Part shown: positions 62,856-64,000 of the stretch, piece after piece
How the letters are laid out: each line of letters starts with the position of its first letter
Position numbering within the stretch: position 1 is the first letter of the stretch
Assembly (NCBI RefSeq): GCF_009914755.1
Contig: NC_060929.1
DNA: 64,000 nt
Origin: the human T2T-CHM13v2.0 reference genome, Homo sapiens
Direction: 5' to 3' (one strand)
Translations under genes and position numbers: made by a program
Notes under the pieces: generated by a model
What the model was told of the DNA's origin: nothing
What the model saw: the letters and a program-made list of their open reading frames with translations, nothing else
Databases searched by the model: none

Positions 62856-62859
62856 AGTA

Positions 62860-63200
62860 TTCTTTTACTTGTAAGTACAATAAACACAATATAAATGGGC
62901 TTCAACACAGATAACTGAAAAGTCCAGGAGTAGTGTTGACTCAAATGATGCCATCAGAACTTGATTTCTCTCCCTCTGTCTCTTGGCATTGCTTTTACTG
63001 GTTGGCTCCATTTCAAACAGGCTTTTTGCCTCTAGCTAGCAAAATTACTGCATAGCTGTAGACCTAACATCTTCCCAATTTCCAATCTAACAGGGAAAAA
63101 AAAACACATGAGATTTTGTCCCAGAAAAAGGCTCACTGCAACTTTAGTGTGGTCATGTGTCAATTTCTGAGACAATCACGATGTCATGTGTTAATTGAGT
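62860..63200. mobile_element. Old MLT1 (J/K-like) remnant
   Basis: gatgccatcaga..tttctctccctctgtctc..gttggctccattt..aggct motif. Confidence 0.45.
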
Positions 63201-63325
63201 TGTATACTTTTCCACTGAATGAAGGTGAGAGCCACTCCCCTTTAATAATAAATTGAGATTAGATTGGGGTGAGCCCTCAAGGTTAGTACTTATTTTAAAA
63301 TGTACTAGGGATTTTGTTTTTACCC

Positions 63326-63854
63326 TGTTATGGTGTGGGGCCAGCAGATCAGGGGGCAATTGCCATTGTCAAGAGTTTTGTTATTCATAGTTCCCAAGAG
63401 GAGGGACCATGTTGCATGCCATGTCATGCAGGACCACATGGGGAAGCACCAGGGTTGGGCAGGAGGTGGGAGTGAGGGGAAAGCTCATGTGAAACCTTTA
63501 GCCTTGGGTTTTAAGAGAAAGAATGGGCAAGGTAGTGTAAGCAGTTGGGCAGAATTAGGATTGCATGGTTTGAATCATTTGGGTGGCCTCTGGGTGAAAG
63601 GATAGTCCCTTGTTGCCTAGTACCTGGCCCTTGGGTGATTTAGGGCACAGGGATAGTGTCCTGGACTGCAAGAGCCTAATAAAAGGTGGTGGGTGGGGAT
63701 TGGTTGGTTTGCGTATCACAGGGGTGCTCCAAGGCAAGTTTGCTGTCTCTAGGAATTAGCTACCCCCGGCATGGGCAGTCCCTCTCCAGGTCCACCAGAC
63801 CCCAAGATGTTGAAGCATCATAAAACACAGAAAATAAAAAATATGATTAATACA
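63326..63854 (-). mobile_element. MER74-like ERVL solo LTR
   Basis: Minus strand begins TGtattaatcatattttttattttctgtg..gatgcttcaacatcttggggtc..gactgccc and ends CA. Confidence 0.75.
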
Positions 63855-64000
63855 GTGCTGGGTGGCAAAAAACAACGGATATCTATTACAAAGACTAAGG
63901 TCTAGTATTAGTATAAAGAAGCAATCTCATTCATTTAGCCATTCACTAGTTCATTCACTCATTCATTTTTTCATTCAACATTTTTTTAGGAGTGCATCAT

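Overview
Primate (almost certainly human) non-coding genomic DNA. It is Alu-dense (about 37 Alu pieces) and also carries MIR, L2, L1, MaLR/ERV LTRs and hAT-Charlie/MER DNA transposons. I find no credible protein-coding exon, tRNA, rRNA or CRISPR array; the ORF track is almost entirely Alu, simple-repeat, L2 or GC-rich read-through. The first ~4.7 kb holds three CpG-island-like blocks, a TATA box with strong splice sites (candidate lncRNA start) and a homeodomain-site-dense AT-rich element. Several more repeat-free, TAAT-rich candidate enhancers lie further on (about 34.9, 36.9, 42.8, 52 and 60.5 kb). This layout resembles the flank of a developmental transcription-factor gene, but I cannot identify the locus from sequence alone. 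The most unusual structure is two independent ~200-bp local templated insertions, each copied from a donor 2.5 or 4.5 kb away into an antisense Alu. One has snap-back (inverted) filler at both junctions. Several smaller snap-back scars elsewhere suggest a record of template-switching or Pol-theta-type repair. Repeat family calls come from recalled consensus motifs, and their boundaries are approximate.
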